DNA from: Octopus vulgaris
Lineage: Eukaryota
DNA length: 64,000 nt
Reading direction: 5' to 3'
Assembly (NCBI GenBank): GCA_951406725.2
Contig: OX597831.1
Span: 6,882,001 to 6,946,000 of the forward strand
The notes below the pieces were generated by a model. The model saw only the letters and a program-made list of their open reading frames with translations. It did no database searches and was not told where the DNA came from. A program made the translations under genes and the position numbers. Below, piece after piece: positions 51,460 to 64,000 of the stretch (position 1 is its first letter; every line of letters starts with the position of its first letter).

Positions 51460-52599
51460 TTTTAAAGTGTTGCAAGTCAACATATGCAGGAAAGACATGA
51501 TCAGGGAAGAGATTCTAGAAAAATGTTATTCTGGGGAGGAAGGATTTAGAAGGGTTTGTGTGGGAGCAGGGTTGGCTGCAGCAAGAGTCACAAGAGATAG
51601 AGAAAAAAATGAGTGTATCTGAATAGAGAAGGTACAGGTCCACCAAGCTCTGAGGAACAGAGGCTAGTATTGTAGTGATAGAGAGAAAGAATGAAAGAAA
51701 AAGAAAAATCTGAGAGAGAGAAGAGAGCAGATGTGTGAGCGAGGGATTGCAGGGTGTCGGTTATTGGCCGAATGCAAGTCAATTGAATAAACTCCTTTGG
51801 ATGGAGTTCAGGATATCAGTGTGTGTGTAGCAGCAGAACCATTCCAGATATTGAAACAATGATCCATTGTAGCTGTGATTGGAGTCTTGCAGGGAGACTG
51901 AATCTCAGCCTATGGAGGAGAATGTACGTTCTTCTCAGCATTACCAAAGGGCTTGTTAGTTCCCTATTTATACTGAGTAGCTTGAAATCGAATCATTAAA
52001 TCAGCAAACGACTTACTTTGTATAAAGTCAAGTTCTCAGATCAATAAGTCAGTAGAGTATTATTATTATTGAATAATCCTGATGAGCTTATCTCAAGCTG
52101 ACCTTCTTTAGCTCTGCCCATCCCATCTTGATTTTCAGAAACAACATCCTTATATTTAAATTTTTATTTAGTTGGCAGGGTAACATTCAGCTGTTACAGT
52201 GAACAGGTTGAGAGTTGAGGTGTAAGTTCCTTCAATAATTCTCTTATCATGGATCAGAAAGCTAATATGTGAGCTCACCTTGAACAAAATGTAGTGTCAG
52301 TCAGGTGTTAAAATACATTTGTGTTTCATTCTTTACATTTCTGAATTTTAGTCCAAAGATTGAATTCCGTTTCAGTGGTGAAGAAGTATTTGATAAATCA
52401 CACACCAACATATGGAGTTCATTTTGTATCCAGTTCTATCTCACCTTGGACATCTTCTACCATAGCCTCAGGCTGACCAATTCTTTATGAGTGGAATTGG
52501 TAGACAGAAAGCTGGATAAGCGCTGTCCTACTGAGCCCGTGGGCTTGTGACTTACAGGATCATTGTCACACACACACATACTTATATAGGTGTAAATAT

Positions 52600-53120
52600 A
52601 TATCATCATCATCATCATTATCATTATCATCGTTGTTTAACGTCCATTTTCTGTGCTAGCACCGGTTGGATGGTTCGACCGGGGTCTGGGAAGCCAGGAG
52701 GCTGCACCAGGCTCCAGTCTGATCTGGCAGTGTTTCTACAGCTGGATGCCCTTCCTAATGCCAACCACTCCGTGAGTGTAGTGGGTGCTTTTTACGTGCC
52801 ACCAGCACAGGTGCCAGGGGAGGCTGGCAGCGGCCATGATTGGTTGGTGCTTTTTACATGCCACTGGCACAGAAGCCAGTCAAAGCGGCGCTGGCATCGG
52901 CCACATTCAGATGGTGTTTTTACATGCCACCGGCACAGGTATCTTAACTACAATTTCCATTTGATATTTATTTTGATGTTGATGTACTTGACTCAATAGG
53001 TCTCCTCAAGCACAGCAGGTTACCCTACAATCCAAGGTAAGCACAGCAGGTCATTCTGCAATCCAAGGTACTTTGGATGGGCTGGGGCTATACGGAACTG
53101 ATGCAGGAAGCAGCCATGAA
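52600..53120 (-). mobile_element. RTE 3'-end element
   Basis: Family consensus with (CAT)n tail. Confidence 0.8.
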
Positions 53121-53164
53121 CTCACATTATTTGTTGGGTTTGTTTCATTCATTAGACTGCAGCC

Positions 53165-53465
53165 ATCCTTTGTCATCTCCTGAATGAGGCTCAACATCTG
53201 AAGGTCATCCTTCACTACTTCATCCCACATCTTCCACTTCCATCCACATTAACAATCGGTACTTTTCTACAAAGCTCTCCTCGTCCATATGCATCACATG
53301 ACCATACCAGGTCAGTCTCATGCCTCTTATACCCAATTTTTCTCTCCCAATACATTTACATTCTGTCGTACATGCACACTGACATTGCACATCCAGCAGA
53401 GCATGCTAGCTTCATTTCTTTCAAGTCTGTCCACTGCATTCACAGCCCATGTTTCACCCTCATGT
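53165..53465 (-). mobile_element. RTE LINE C-terminal fragment
   Basis: LHEGETWAV..LERNEASMLCWMCNVSV. Confidence 0.75.
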
Positions 53466-54844
53466 AACCCTGACTCCTCCCCCAGCACTGTGCATCTCTC
53501 TTGCACACCACCCCTCTCACTTTGCTGCCACCTATTGCCTCCCTCACCCACACCTACTTCCTCCACCACATACTCATGATCGATCTTGCCTCCACTCATA
53601 TTCATCCCTCACTGCATCTCCCTCTATCCCCATCCATCTGACACTCACAACTCACCTCCCACAACTTACCCATCCATACCACTTCTCTTCATTCACCTTC
53701 TTGTAATTTGTGGGAACACCTCAACAGATCTGCTCCACCATCCTCCTTCTCTTCCAATTTAAGTAACCATAACCACCTGTACTTGTCCCTCTATCATACC
53801 TTGATCTTCTTATCACCTGGCATGAAGCCACCTTCCTCAATTTTACTCTCCTCAGCTGAGGGGATCTCTGTCTTGTGAGTCACTTGGTAACCTCAGTCGT
53901 GCTAGTGCCACATAAAAAGCACCCACCCAGTAAAGTAGTTAGCGCCAGCAAGTGCATTCAGCTGTATAAACCAAACTCCAAAGTGGACTTTGGAGTTTGG
54001 TGCAAACCTCTGCCTTGTTAGCCCCTGTCAAACCGTCCAACCCATTCCACATAAAAGATGGACATTAAGTGCTGCTGCAGCTGCTGATGATACGTGTGTA
54101 TGTATATCTATATATGCGCACGTGAGTGTGTGTGTACAAATACACACACGCACTTCGACGTACAAATGGAGGAAAGAGTGCTCAGTACGCTGGCAAAATG
54201 CATTCTTCCATCAAAGCTGTTGATTCATTCTGTACTCAGACTTTGAAGGTTTGAGTCCTCCTTTAGGTTACAAAATGGAGCTTTTCAAGGACTGCCCATA
54301 TTGACACCGAACAGCAACAGGTACCAGATCCGAATGAATACCCCACCACACACACACACAAGCAAGCATTTACACATATCGTTTCTGTATTGCAGTCACA
54401 CTGATTTTTGTAAGAAACAGCTGCCAAAATTTTCCTCAGTAAACTTTTCATAGTCTTTCAAAATAAGGAACCCTCGTTTTAAATTATCTCTCAAGACAAT
54501 ATATTCTCTCGTAAGGACAGGATGTCCCTAGCTTTTTGGGAACTGATAAGACGAATAAGGAAGCCTTACTTCCAACGACTGCTAGAGACTTCTTAATAAT
54601 TGCACATCCAGGATGCTGGATCTGTGAAATACTTCTAATCAGCTGCTTCTGTATCGTACAATCTGCTGAAGTATGAATCCAGAGCTTTTCTAACGACGAT
54701 AACAAAAACTACATCAACAAATGTGTTGACAGCTTTACTCGTTGACGAATTCAGAAGTCTTCTTATTACAAGTCGGATGTTAAAAGTTGAAAAGGAAGAA
54801 AGAAAAACCACACACAAAAAAAAAAAACGAGTTACTAAACAACA

Positions 54845-54886
54845 CCCCGCCCCTACTTAGATGGTCTTGTGACTCAAAAATATAAA
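54845..54886 (+). promoter_or_regulatory. Candidate Pol II promoter
   Basis: GC box CCCCGCCCC (54845), AP-1 TGACTCA (54870) and TATAAA (54881) in order, followed by TE-free, CpG-retaining DNA. Confidence 0.3.
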
Positions 54887-55690
54887 TTTACAACAAAACG
54901 AATAAATAAGACAGCCTTTATTTTTTTTTTACGGATTCGCAGGCGAGAACAGGAAAACAAGTGCAGCGAGCAAATCAAATTTGAAGTTAATTATAATTAT
55001 GAAATGTTACTTTTTACGTAAATATTTATACAGAAAACCATTTAGGCGCACTTTGCCAACATGATGTGTGTGTGTGTATGATAAAGAGAGAGAGAGAGAA
55101 AGGGGGAAGTGTATATGGTAGCATGCTCCACGGTATTTCCGATGGATAAGGCTCTCCTTCGGAGTATTATGTGTTATCGCTCGTTCACTGACCACCTCCA
55201 TAAAATACGAAAATACAACTCGAACCGACGAGCGAACATCGACTTCTATGTGGTCGTCAGACCTGCTAGAAGTTATAGCCAAATCTCCTTCAGATCGCAC
55301 CCTACAATATCGGCTTGACTCGCTTTTGGCCATAGTTCTGCTCGATCAGGGCCAACCTGAGGTTAGCAGCAAAAATGCAAATGTTTATCGAGTCAACAGA
55401 AAGGGCCTCTCTCTGCGGCCGCTCAAGTTGCAAAGAGTATAGCATTCAACTCTCCATCGAAGTACATCCTGCCAAATATCTTTAAAAAGCTAAAAATACA
55501 TTGGATAATATCAGCTCGAATACTCGATATATAGACCAGCGAAAACCCAACAAACAAAATAACACACACACATATATATATACAGACAGAGGCAAGAGAG
55601 AGCCAAAAGTCTGGAGAGGATTGAAGAATCAAGTCTTCATGTTTAACGCGCACACACACACACGGTTTTTATTTGAAGCTGTATCGACAA

Positions 55691-55760
55691 ATGACGATTC
55701 CGAGTTCCGAATTGACAACCACAAAACAACAACAATTGATGACTGAAGCTTTGAGCGAGG
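55691..55760 (+). CDS. Candidate first coding exon of an unidentified gene
   Basis: ATG..MTIPSSELTTTKQQQLMTEALSE(G) followed by a consensus donor G|GTAAGT; no homology recognised. Confidence 0.25.
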
Positions 55761-56090
55761 GTAAGTTTAGAAAAAGACGGTCCGAAAGACGAGATTCTAA
55801 CAGAATTAATTCCTGTGAACATCTCTCAGCTGTTTCGCTTTCTCTCGGGAGAACTTCCTTATCACGCGCGCGCGCGCACACTCACACGTACGCACTCCTA
55901 CATACATATACATACACACACACACTCACACAGAGAGAGAGGCACGTGCATATTTTCCCAGTTATTTATACGCCGTGAAAAGACACCTTTGTCAACATTG
56001 AAATTTAATTAGAATTTCGTACTTCGAAAAATATTTAAATGAAAGCAAGCTCGTACGCTTATATGCACACATTCATACACACACATACGC

Positions 56091-56142
<52 letters not shown>

Positions 56143-56964
56143 ATGGGTGCGTGCATACAAATACATATATAGGCAATATGTGTGTGTGAGAGAGAGAGAG
56201 TCTAAATTTCAATTACAAAATGTTAACTTTGTAAGAATTGAAAACGAAAATAGCACACACACATACATACATACATGTACACAGCGCAACAGGAGAATTG
56301 CGTGTGTATATGTATTTCACAGTTCCCTTTATTTGAAATTATGTGCCTGTATATTTGAATTAAATTATAATATTAGTACGAATAGGTTTCTAGCCACCCA
56401 AACGGTTGTGTATGTGTGTGTGTGTGTGTGTTTGCTGTTTATAGACGTTGACAAATTGCCCTTCTTTAGCGGTTTTTGTTGCCATTTGTTGTTGTTGTTG
56501 TTGTATGCATTTGAGGCGAACAATTTGATATCAGTGGATAACGTCATCGCTATATATGAAGGGAAATACCACTCTTTAAATATTCACAGTGATTAGCATG
56601 TAGTTTTAGGCGCAGGCCATATCATTACCACCTCCCTCATCATCACCATCATCATTATCATCATCCTAATAACAATATGAAAGAATAAGAATTATTACTA
56701 TTATTATTATTATTTCAATAGACTGGGCTGAATTGAATATACAAGATATCACACACATACGGACAGAAAATTTTAGGATTAAAAAAAAAAACGCATCATC
56801 AAGACGAATTCTATTTTGTTTTGTTTTTAATTATTGAAATTAATTAAAGAAGCTATTTATATTTATATTTACTCCTATCTCGTTTTTTTCTTTCTCTTTT
56901 CCGAAAACTACAGATTAAAAAAAAAGAAAAAAAAGCATCAAAAAACCCAAGGAATGGTAACTCA

Positions 56965-57160
56965 TCTCTATGACGTAATGCAGAATATTTCTTGCCCCCC
57001 CCCTCCCCCTCGTTTCTTCCTCTGACCATAGAGTGAGAGAGACACTGGGAGGCTGGATTTCTACTGGAAAAGCCGAACGCACGTGACAACGCACATGTTT
57101 CCATCAGCGGCAATAAATCCAAACTAGAACCAATCTAGACGCCCTCTGATTGGCCGACAC
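56965..57160. promoter_or_regulatory. Candidate promoter/enhancer motif cluster
   Basis: TGACGTAA (56971), CACGTGAC (57080), AACCAATC (about 57128) and GATTGG (about 57148) within 190 bp of unique DNA. Confidence 0.35.
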
Positions 57161-59329
57161 CTGACTCCTTGCTAATTAGGCTTACCTACTGCAGCCACCA
57201 TGCGCTCGGGCACATGTTCTGCGATTCTTCTTTACCTTGATTTTCTTTCATCTTAATGATGTGTGTGAGTGAATGTGCATCTCTCTCTATTTCTCCCTCT
57301 CTGTTATATATGTGTGTGTGTGTGTGTGTGCATGCGTTAGTGTGTGCGTATGCAAGCTTAATTTTTTTAATTTTCTTTTTAATATTTCAATAACACGATG
57401 CCTTTCTCTCTCTCCTTCTCTCTATCTCTGTCTCTTATACACACACACATAATGTATATACACATACAACGACAATTATACACACTTGTTTGTGTATACA
57501 CAAATATATTCAATTACACCCATATATAACTACATATGTGTGTAATATAATATGTGCATGTATACACACACACACATACACACACGTGTGTGAGCGAGTA
57601 GAATTGTCACCAAACATCTCCCACTCATTTTATCATCACACTTCTGTCAATTTTTGGAAGAATAGGACTGACAAATTTGAACACACACACACCTACTATA
57701 TACTACTACAATCTATCTTAGTAACAACTATTCATACATCCTCCCCCTCTCGTCTGCTCTCTGCTTCTCTCTTCTCTCTCCTTTCTGCCTGTTCTATGGT
57801 ACCGATGCATCGACATATATGGATATAATAGACCTGGCATTGGATTAAAATCTCGGAAGAACATATGAATACGAACCACTTCTTGAATAAATAAATAGCT
57901 AGCTCTAGTTTACAACCCAGACAACCTGTAGATCTCAACATATAATTTTTTTCTCGTTTTGTCTCCCCGATGGCTAGAATGGTCCATATTTTTGTCCTTC
58001 ATAAATTCAGCAACTTATCCTCTCAATTTTAACAGGTCTTGTAGAAAGGCATAAACATCACACATTCTCATCTCCCCACTTTGGAAAATAAATCTGAAAA
58101 ACTGAGGCAATGTAGTAATTTGTGTATTTTTAAAGTTTGTAATCTTCAAGAAATAACTTCTTGGCAAGATGGGGGTCTATCAAGATGTTTTGGGGTCTTG
58201 TTTGAAGCCATTTTCATTTTACTAATTCTATTAATAATGTCCTTGAGAAATATATGAATGTCACAACTTAGCTTTTCTTAAACCCTGTGTGTGTCTGTGT
58301 GTCCATAGCTGCGTGGTTAACAAGTTTGCTTCCTAATTATGTGGTTTTTGGTTCAATCTCAGTGTATGACATCTTGGGTAAGTATCTTCTACTATAGTTC
58401 CAGGTTGACCAAAGCCTTGTGAATGGAGTCGATAAATGGAAACTGAAGAGGCGTGTCAAATATGTGTGTGTGTGTGTGTTAGTCTCTTCTCTTGATATTG
58501 TGTAAATTGTAGTTGTAAACGAGTATAACCATCATACAAGCAGTTTCTTTCATTTCCAATTTTCTATGTAAACATGTCTGGCTATGGGCATCTATTACCT
58601 TACTTGGGAACTGCAGAGCTTGGCAACAGAAAGTGCATCTGGTTATAGAAAATCTGCCTCAGTTTATTGTTTAATTCATACAAACATGGAAAAGTGGATA
58701 TTAAAATGATGAATGATTCTCTCTCTCTCTGCACCTCCTACAGATCAGATTTCTCTTTCTCTTCTTCTACTAAATGTGGATTGTCATGCAAACTCTCTAC
58801 AAGAACCTGCTCTGCCCCACTGTAGTTTTAATCCCTCATCCCCGAGTATGAAGCTGACCCTCTCACCTCCCCTGGGAGTCTTAGTTCTGTGAGTTGCATG
58901 GCAACCTCAATAGTGCTGCTGGCATGTAAAACGGTTGGCATTAGAAAGGGCATCTGGCTGTAGAAACCACGCTAAAGTAGACAGAAGCATGATGCAGTCC
59001 CTGGGCACATTGGATCCTGACAAACCATCTGATTCATGCAAACATGGAGCATGAACATTAAGTGATGGTGGTGATGACGACCAAGGGTGGGGACACCACA
59101 CCAATCCAACTGTTCAGATTGCGATGCAAGATTTAAGCAAAGCCACAGAACACAAGGAGAATAATGATGGGTTATATTAACAATCAGTAAATACAAACAA
59201 TTCATTAAACGAGGCTAAATTAGTTTAGTGTAATGAGATGCTAACGAGATCAGATGTGTTGTCCTTTGTGAATCGTTTGTATTTCACTTGTTCAATTCAT
59301 AGGACTTTTTGGGAAATTCAACCTAATTC

Positions 59330-59850
59330 TTAGATGTTTATCAGATGGACACCAAGGCATTTAGCCATTGTGTTTAGCTGCTGACCAACTGGACATATTG
59401 TGTTTAGACATTGAATAGATACATGCAAAGCAGAGGTGTTGTTTAGATGACACAGTACTTTGATGTTCCAGTATTTAGAAGTCAATTGACCAGGTGTTAA
59501 GTAGATCGAAGAATCATCCTTGACACTGTACTTAGATGTCAGTTAGGTAGGCACTGTGTTTAGGTGGTGGCTGGTTCGATACAGAGTTTCAGGGTTGTCG
59601 GTCCAGTTATCCATTATGTCCATCCAGTTTGGATATTCACTAAACAGATACAATGTTTAAGTGTTGGTTATACAGATATCATGTTTAGAGGTTGACTAGA
59701 TGGACATAATGTTTAAGTGTTTATTGCAAAGATACAGTTTTTGACAAGATAGACACAGTGTTTAAATGTTGATCCAATAGATGCAGCATTTAGATGTTAT
59801 TTAAACGGACACAACATCAAGAATGTATGATTGGTTTAGACACAGAATTC
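59330..59850. repeat. Old degenerate minisatellite, unit of about 28-30 bp
   Basis: Recurring (A/G)GA(C/T)ACA..GTGTTTAGATGTT motif. Confidence 0.55.
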
Positions 59851-59884
59851 AGAAAGACAATCCACACAAGTTGAGCAAATTGTT

Positions 59885-60250
59885 ACTGACAGTAGATGGC
59901 AACCAGCACCGCCCCGACTGGCCTCGTGCCGATGGCACGTAAAAAGCACCATCCGTTCATGTCCGTTGCCAGCCTCGCCTGACCCTCGTGCCGGTGGCAC
60001 ATAAAAAGCACCATCCGTTCGTGGTCGTTTGCCAGCTCTGTCTGGCACCTGTGCGGGTGGCACGTAAAAAGCACCCACTACACTCACGGAGTGGTTGGCG
60101 TTAGGAAGGGCATCCAGCCATAGAAACACCGCCAGATTTGACTGGGCCTGATGAAGCCTTCTGGCTTCACAGACCCCAGTAGAACCGTCCAACCCATGCT
60201 AGCATGGAAAACGGATGCTAAACGATGATGATGATGATGATGATGATGAT
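59885..60250 (+). mobile_element. RTE 3'-end element
   Basis: Family consensus, three modules, (GAT)n tail. Confidence 0.85.
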
Positions 60251-60923
60251 ATGGAAAGTAATTAGATTTTAAGTCCATCCCAGTAGCTTGTTTCTAATAG
60301 GTAGAATTAGTATCTATTATGTTTGTAAAAGTCTATCTTTTCTAATTTCTTAAACACACTGTTTTGACATTGTACAGTATTACAATAGACGGTACTAGTC
60401 TTCTTAATTCAATATGACTGTTGACAAGATAAAAATTCCACTTTTATCAAGTACTAAAAGTGATTGTTACAATTATCCTACAGTAATTATTCCATGTTTT
60501 TAGCTGTATTTATTCCATCAATTTCATAACAGAAATATTTAAATGATTCCATTTATGTTAATACAATATCATAACCTGGCATAATTTAATGTAATACAAG
60601 AAATCTGGTCAAATGTTGCAAGGATTTGGACCAAAACTGTTAATAGATTCCACACAAAGAATCACAGTCTCATTATTTTTTGTATCTTTTTAAATTTCAG
60701 ACAAAATTTTGATGCCAATTCCTTCTTCAGAATACAAAAGTATTGGCAGCAGATGACATTTGTTCTGAGATTATGTAAGATCTGTCACCCAATAATCATA
60801 GCAATATCAGACTGTGTTATGCAAAGCACTTGACAACGTTAGGTTTGGCACCCTACAATGTTGCACTTGGCACTGGGCAGTGTTAGGCCCAAATTCTTTT
60901 AGCTTCTTCATAAACTGCATACC

Positions 60924-61400
60924 ATCATCATCATCATCATGCTAGCATGGGTTGGACAATTTTGACTGAAGGCTGGCGAACCAGATGGCTGCTCCAGGCT
61001 CCAATCTGATCTGGCAGAGTTTCTACAGCTGGATGCCCTTCCTAACGCCAACCACTCCGAGAGTGTAGGGGGATCTTTTTAAATGCCACTGGCACGGGGG
61101 CCAGTCAGGTGGTACTGGCAACGACCTCGCTCAAATCTTTTTACACATGCCACCAGCACAGGTGCCAGTAAGGCGACGTTGGTAACGATCACACTCAAAT
61201 GGTGCCCTTTTACGTGCCACTGGCATGGAAGCCAGTTGGCTGCTCTGGCAACGATCACACTTGGATGGTGCTTTTGGCGCCCTACTAGCACAGGTACAAG
61301 TGTCAGTAAGGCGACGCTGGTAACGATCACGCTTGAATGGTGCCCTTTAAGTGCCACTGGCACGGAAGCCGGTTAGCCGCTCTGTCAATGATCACGCTCA
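60924..61400 (-). mobile_element. RTE 3'-end element
   Basis: Family consensus with multiple modules. Confidence 0.85.
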
Positions 61401-61881
61401 GAAAGTCCCATGTGCTTGAAGTAGGGATCAAATCTCCTTCAACTTACATCCTACTGGAAGGACACATTGAAATAAAACAGGACAGTCACAGCGGGGAAGT
61501 ATTTCATTCTGGGCCAACATGAGGAAAAGACACGAAAAGAACAAATGTGTTTGGTTAATTTAAGAATTTTGGAGAGACTGAAAGCAAAAAATAATGAGAC
61601 CGAAGTAGCGAAAAGAAGAGAAAATAGGTTAAGAAGATCTCTTTAGAACCACGAGGGTTTCAGGTTCAGTTCCACTGTGCGACACTTTGGGTAAGTGTCT
61701 TCTACTATAGCCCTGAGCCAACTAATGCTTTGTGAGTGAATTTGGTAGAAGGAAACTGTGTGGAAACCTTATGTATATATAATTCATTTTACACTAAGAA
61801 GCAACTAATTGAAATTGGTGTTAGAGCAGCCCCATAAGTAGAGTCAAATCCAGTTTGCATTAGGATTGAGTTGTAATTATG

Positions 61882-61960
61882 GTAATAAAGAAGTCAAGCC
61901 AAATCATGATATTTTGAAATCATTTCAAAATATCATGATTTGGCTTAACTTCTTTATTAC
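61882..61960. repeat. Near-perfect 79-bp palindrome
   Basis: 39-bp arms at 61882-61920 and 61922-61960, one mismatch, 1-nt spacer. Confidence 0.95.
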
Positions 61961-62280
61961 AACTCCTTCTCTCTCTCTCTCACTATACATGTGTGTGTAT
62001 GTGTGTGTTGGTCTATGTCTCTACAATATTTTTCTACTGAATAAGGTGACCACCACCCTTGAGGATTAAACGTTGCTCTTGCCGGTATAATCCCCATTCT
62101 CCTTTCTATATTGTAAACTTTAAATTTTTTCTTTAATTTGCATTTCAAAATAATTTAAAGTTTTTCTTAATCCACACAAAATATGTAACCCTATTGTCCC
62201 GAAAATAAAAAAGACACATTAGATAATGAGGTTCTAGATACCAAAGACAGGATGGTCATGGAGTGAATTCCTTTGATCAG

Positions 62281-62680
62281 GCACAGGTGTGGTAAGAAGC
62301 TTTCTTCCCAACCACATGGTTCTGGGTTCAGTCCCACTGCATGACACCTCGGGCAAGTGTCCTTTACTATAGTCTCAAGCTGACCAAAGCCTTGTCAGTG
62401 GGTTTGGCACATGGAAACCAGAATAAGCCGTTGTATATGCATATATGTGTGTTTGTGTGTGTGACTTTGTGTCTCTGTCTGTCCCCCACTACCACTACCA
62501 CTTGACAACCGGTGTTGGTGTGTTTACATCCCCATTACTTAGCAGTTTGGCAAAAGAAACTGATAGAATAAGTACTAGGTTTAACAGTTAAGTACTGTGG
62601 TCAATTCATTTAACTAAAACCCTTCAAAGTGGTGCCCCAGCATGGCCATAGTCTAATGACTGAGCAAGAAAAAGATTAAA
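62281..62680 (+). mobile_element. SINE group C, most complete copy
   Basis: tRNA-like head GTGTGGTAAGAAGCT..GGGTTCAGTCCC, core, internal (TG)n and 3' CCCCAGCATGGCC. Other copies lie at about 9495, 18822(-), 20036, 58306 and 61625. Confidence 0.8.
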
Positions 62681-62774
62681 AATAAGTTGGTTCACTTAGG
62701 ATTGACCTGGAGCAACAACAGTTTGAATTTCTTCACACAAAGTGTGAAACATTTGTAGAGTTTTACTTTGTATG

Positions 62775-63238
62775 CATGAAAAGATTCAAGCGAGGTCATT
62801 GCCAGTACCCCTTGACTGGCTCCTGTACCGGTGGCACGTAAAAAAGCACCCACTACACTCTCGGAGTGGTTGGCGTTAGGAAGGGCATCCAGCTGTAGAA
62901 ACTCTGCCAAATCAAGATCGGAGCCCAGTGCAGCCATCTGGTTCACCAGCCCTCAGTCAAAATCGTTCAACCCATGCTAGCATGGAAAGCAGACGTTTAA
63001 CGATGATGATGGTAATGATATTCCCTTGTGTGTTTTCCTTCTAATGTTTTTATGTCTACCGAGCGTGATCGTTACCAATATCACCTTACTGGCACCTGTG
63101 CCGGTGGCATGTGTAAAAAGATTCGAGCGAGGTCATTGCCAGTACCGCTTGACCGGCCCCGTGCCAGTGGCACATAAAAAGCAGCCACTACACTCAAAGT
63201 CGTCCAACCCATGCTAGCATGGAAAGCGGACGTTAAAC

Positions 63239-63269
<31 letters not shown>

Positions 63270-63270
63270 G
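62775..63270 (+). mobile_element. Two tandem RTE 3'-end elements
   Basis: Two consensus copies, each ending in (GAT)n; the second is internally deleted. Confidence 0.8.
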
Positions 63271-64000
63271 TGATGGTGGTGGTGGTGGTGGTGGTGGTGT
63301 GTGTGTGTGTGTGTATAGGAGAGAAATGAAACTGGAGTTGAGGAATTGGTAAACCTAAATGAAATTCTTAAGATTCATGTAAGGATTAAATATTCATTTC
63401 AAATATTGGCTGACTTTCAAGGAAAGTTAACTGTGATTCATCAGCATCCTATCCAGGGGTGGTAGATTCACCTCTCAGCTTCTTAATTCTCGAGAAACTG
63501 GAGCTGAGAAAATGTTTCATGGATGGTTATGATTCGTCAACGGATTAACAATTAATTTTAACATTGGCTTACTCCAAACATTTAGCAATCAATAGTCTTA
63601 TTTAGTTTTAACGAAATATTACGTTAACATCAGTTACTTATAATGATAGTGGTGGTGGTGGTTGTGGTGGTGGTGATTATGATGAAGAGATCGGTGGGGG
63701 AGCAGGCTGGGGAGTAACAATATATTTGGGAAAGGTGGCAGACAGTAATTGCCAAGCAATATTTTACACACCCAAACCAAACTCCTTCCCAATCAACAGT
63801 GCTAGATACAGCAGTAAATAAGTACAGGTATACACCCCACCTTTCGTTAGCTTTCATTTAGAGAGATGTGTAAAGGTCATATGCTTCTAAAGCTTTACTT
63901 CATTGCTTTATTATTAGTAGTATTATTATGACTGTTTATTTCTGTTAATTTTATTTCATGGCCAGATTAACACTGCAGGTTGATTTACAGGTGGCATTCA

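Noticed and set aside
52079-52105. CTGATGA followed by a GCTT/AAGC hairpin
   Set aside because: No GAAA follows stem II.
59330-59850. Regularly spaced repeats reminiscent of a CRISPR array
   Set aside because: Eukaryotic context, degenerate tandem units without unique spacers, and no cas genes.
60701-60774. AG..GTAAGA-bounded 74-nt exon candidate
   Set aside because: Stop codon in the frame needed to join the 55760 donor; no homology recognised.

Overview
AT-rich, repeat-dense animal genomic DNA. It is most likely from a coleoid cephalopod (octopus-like); this is inferred from the Gq-alpha N-terminus and the SINE/RTE repertoire. The only confidently recognisable host gene feature is coding exon 1 of a G-protein alpha-q subunit on the minus strand (4216-4099); the rest of that gene lies left of the window. 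Most of the remaining sequence is microsatellites and transposon copies: three tRNA-derived SINE groups, many RTE-LINE 3' ends, degraded RTE and CR1 LINEs, three mariner relics, piggyBac-type and other MITEs, a Helitron-like element and several long foldbacks. Nearly all ORFs in the supplied track are microsatellite or TE artefacts. The most notable signal is a set of four to five apparently unrelated type-I hammerhead ribozyme motifs with (near-)palindromic stem III, the dimer-cleaving, Penelope-associated type. Most sit in short non-coding cassettes between (TA)n tracts. Two have well-formed folds (28580-28667 +, 40381-40423 -). All calls are by eye; TE boundaries without a TSD or TIR are approximate.
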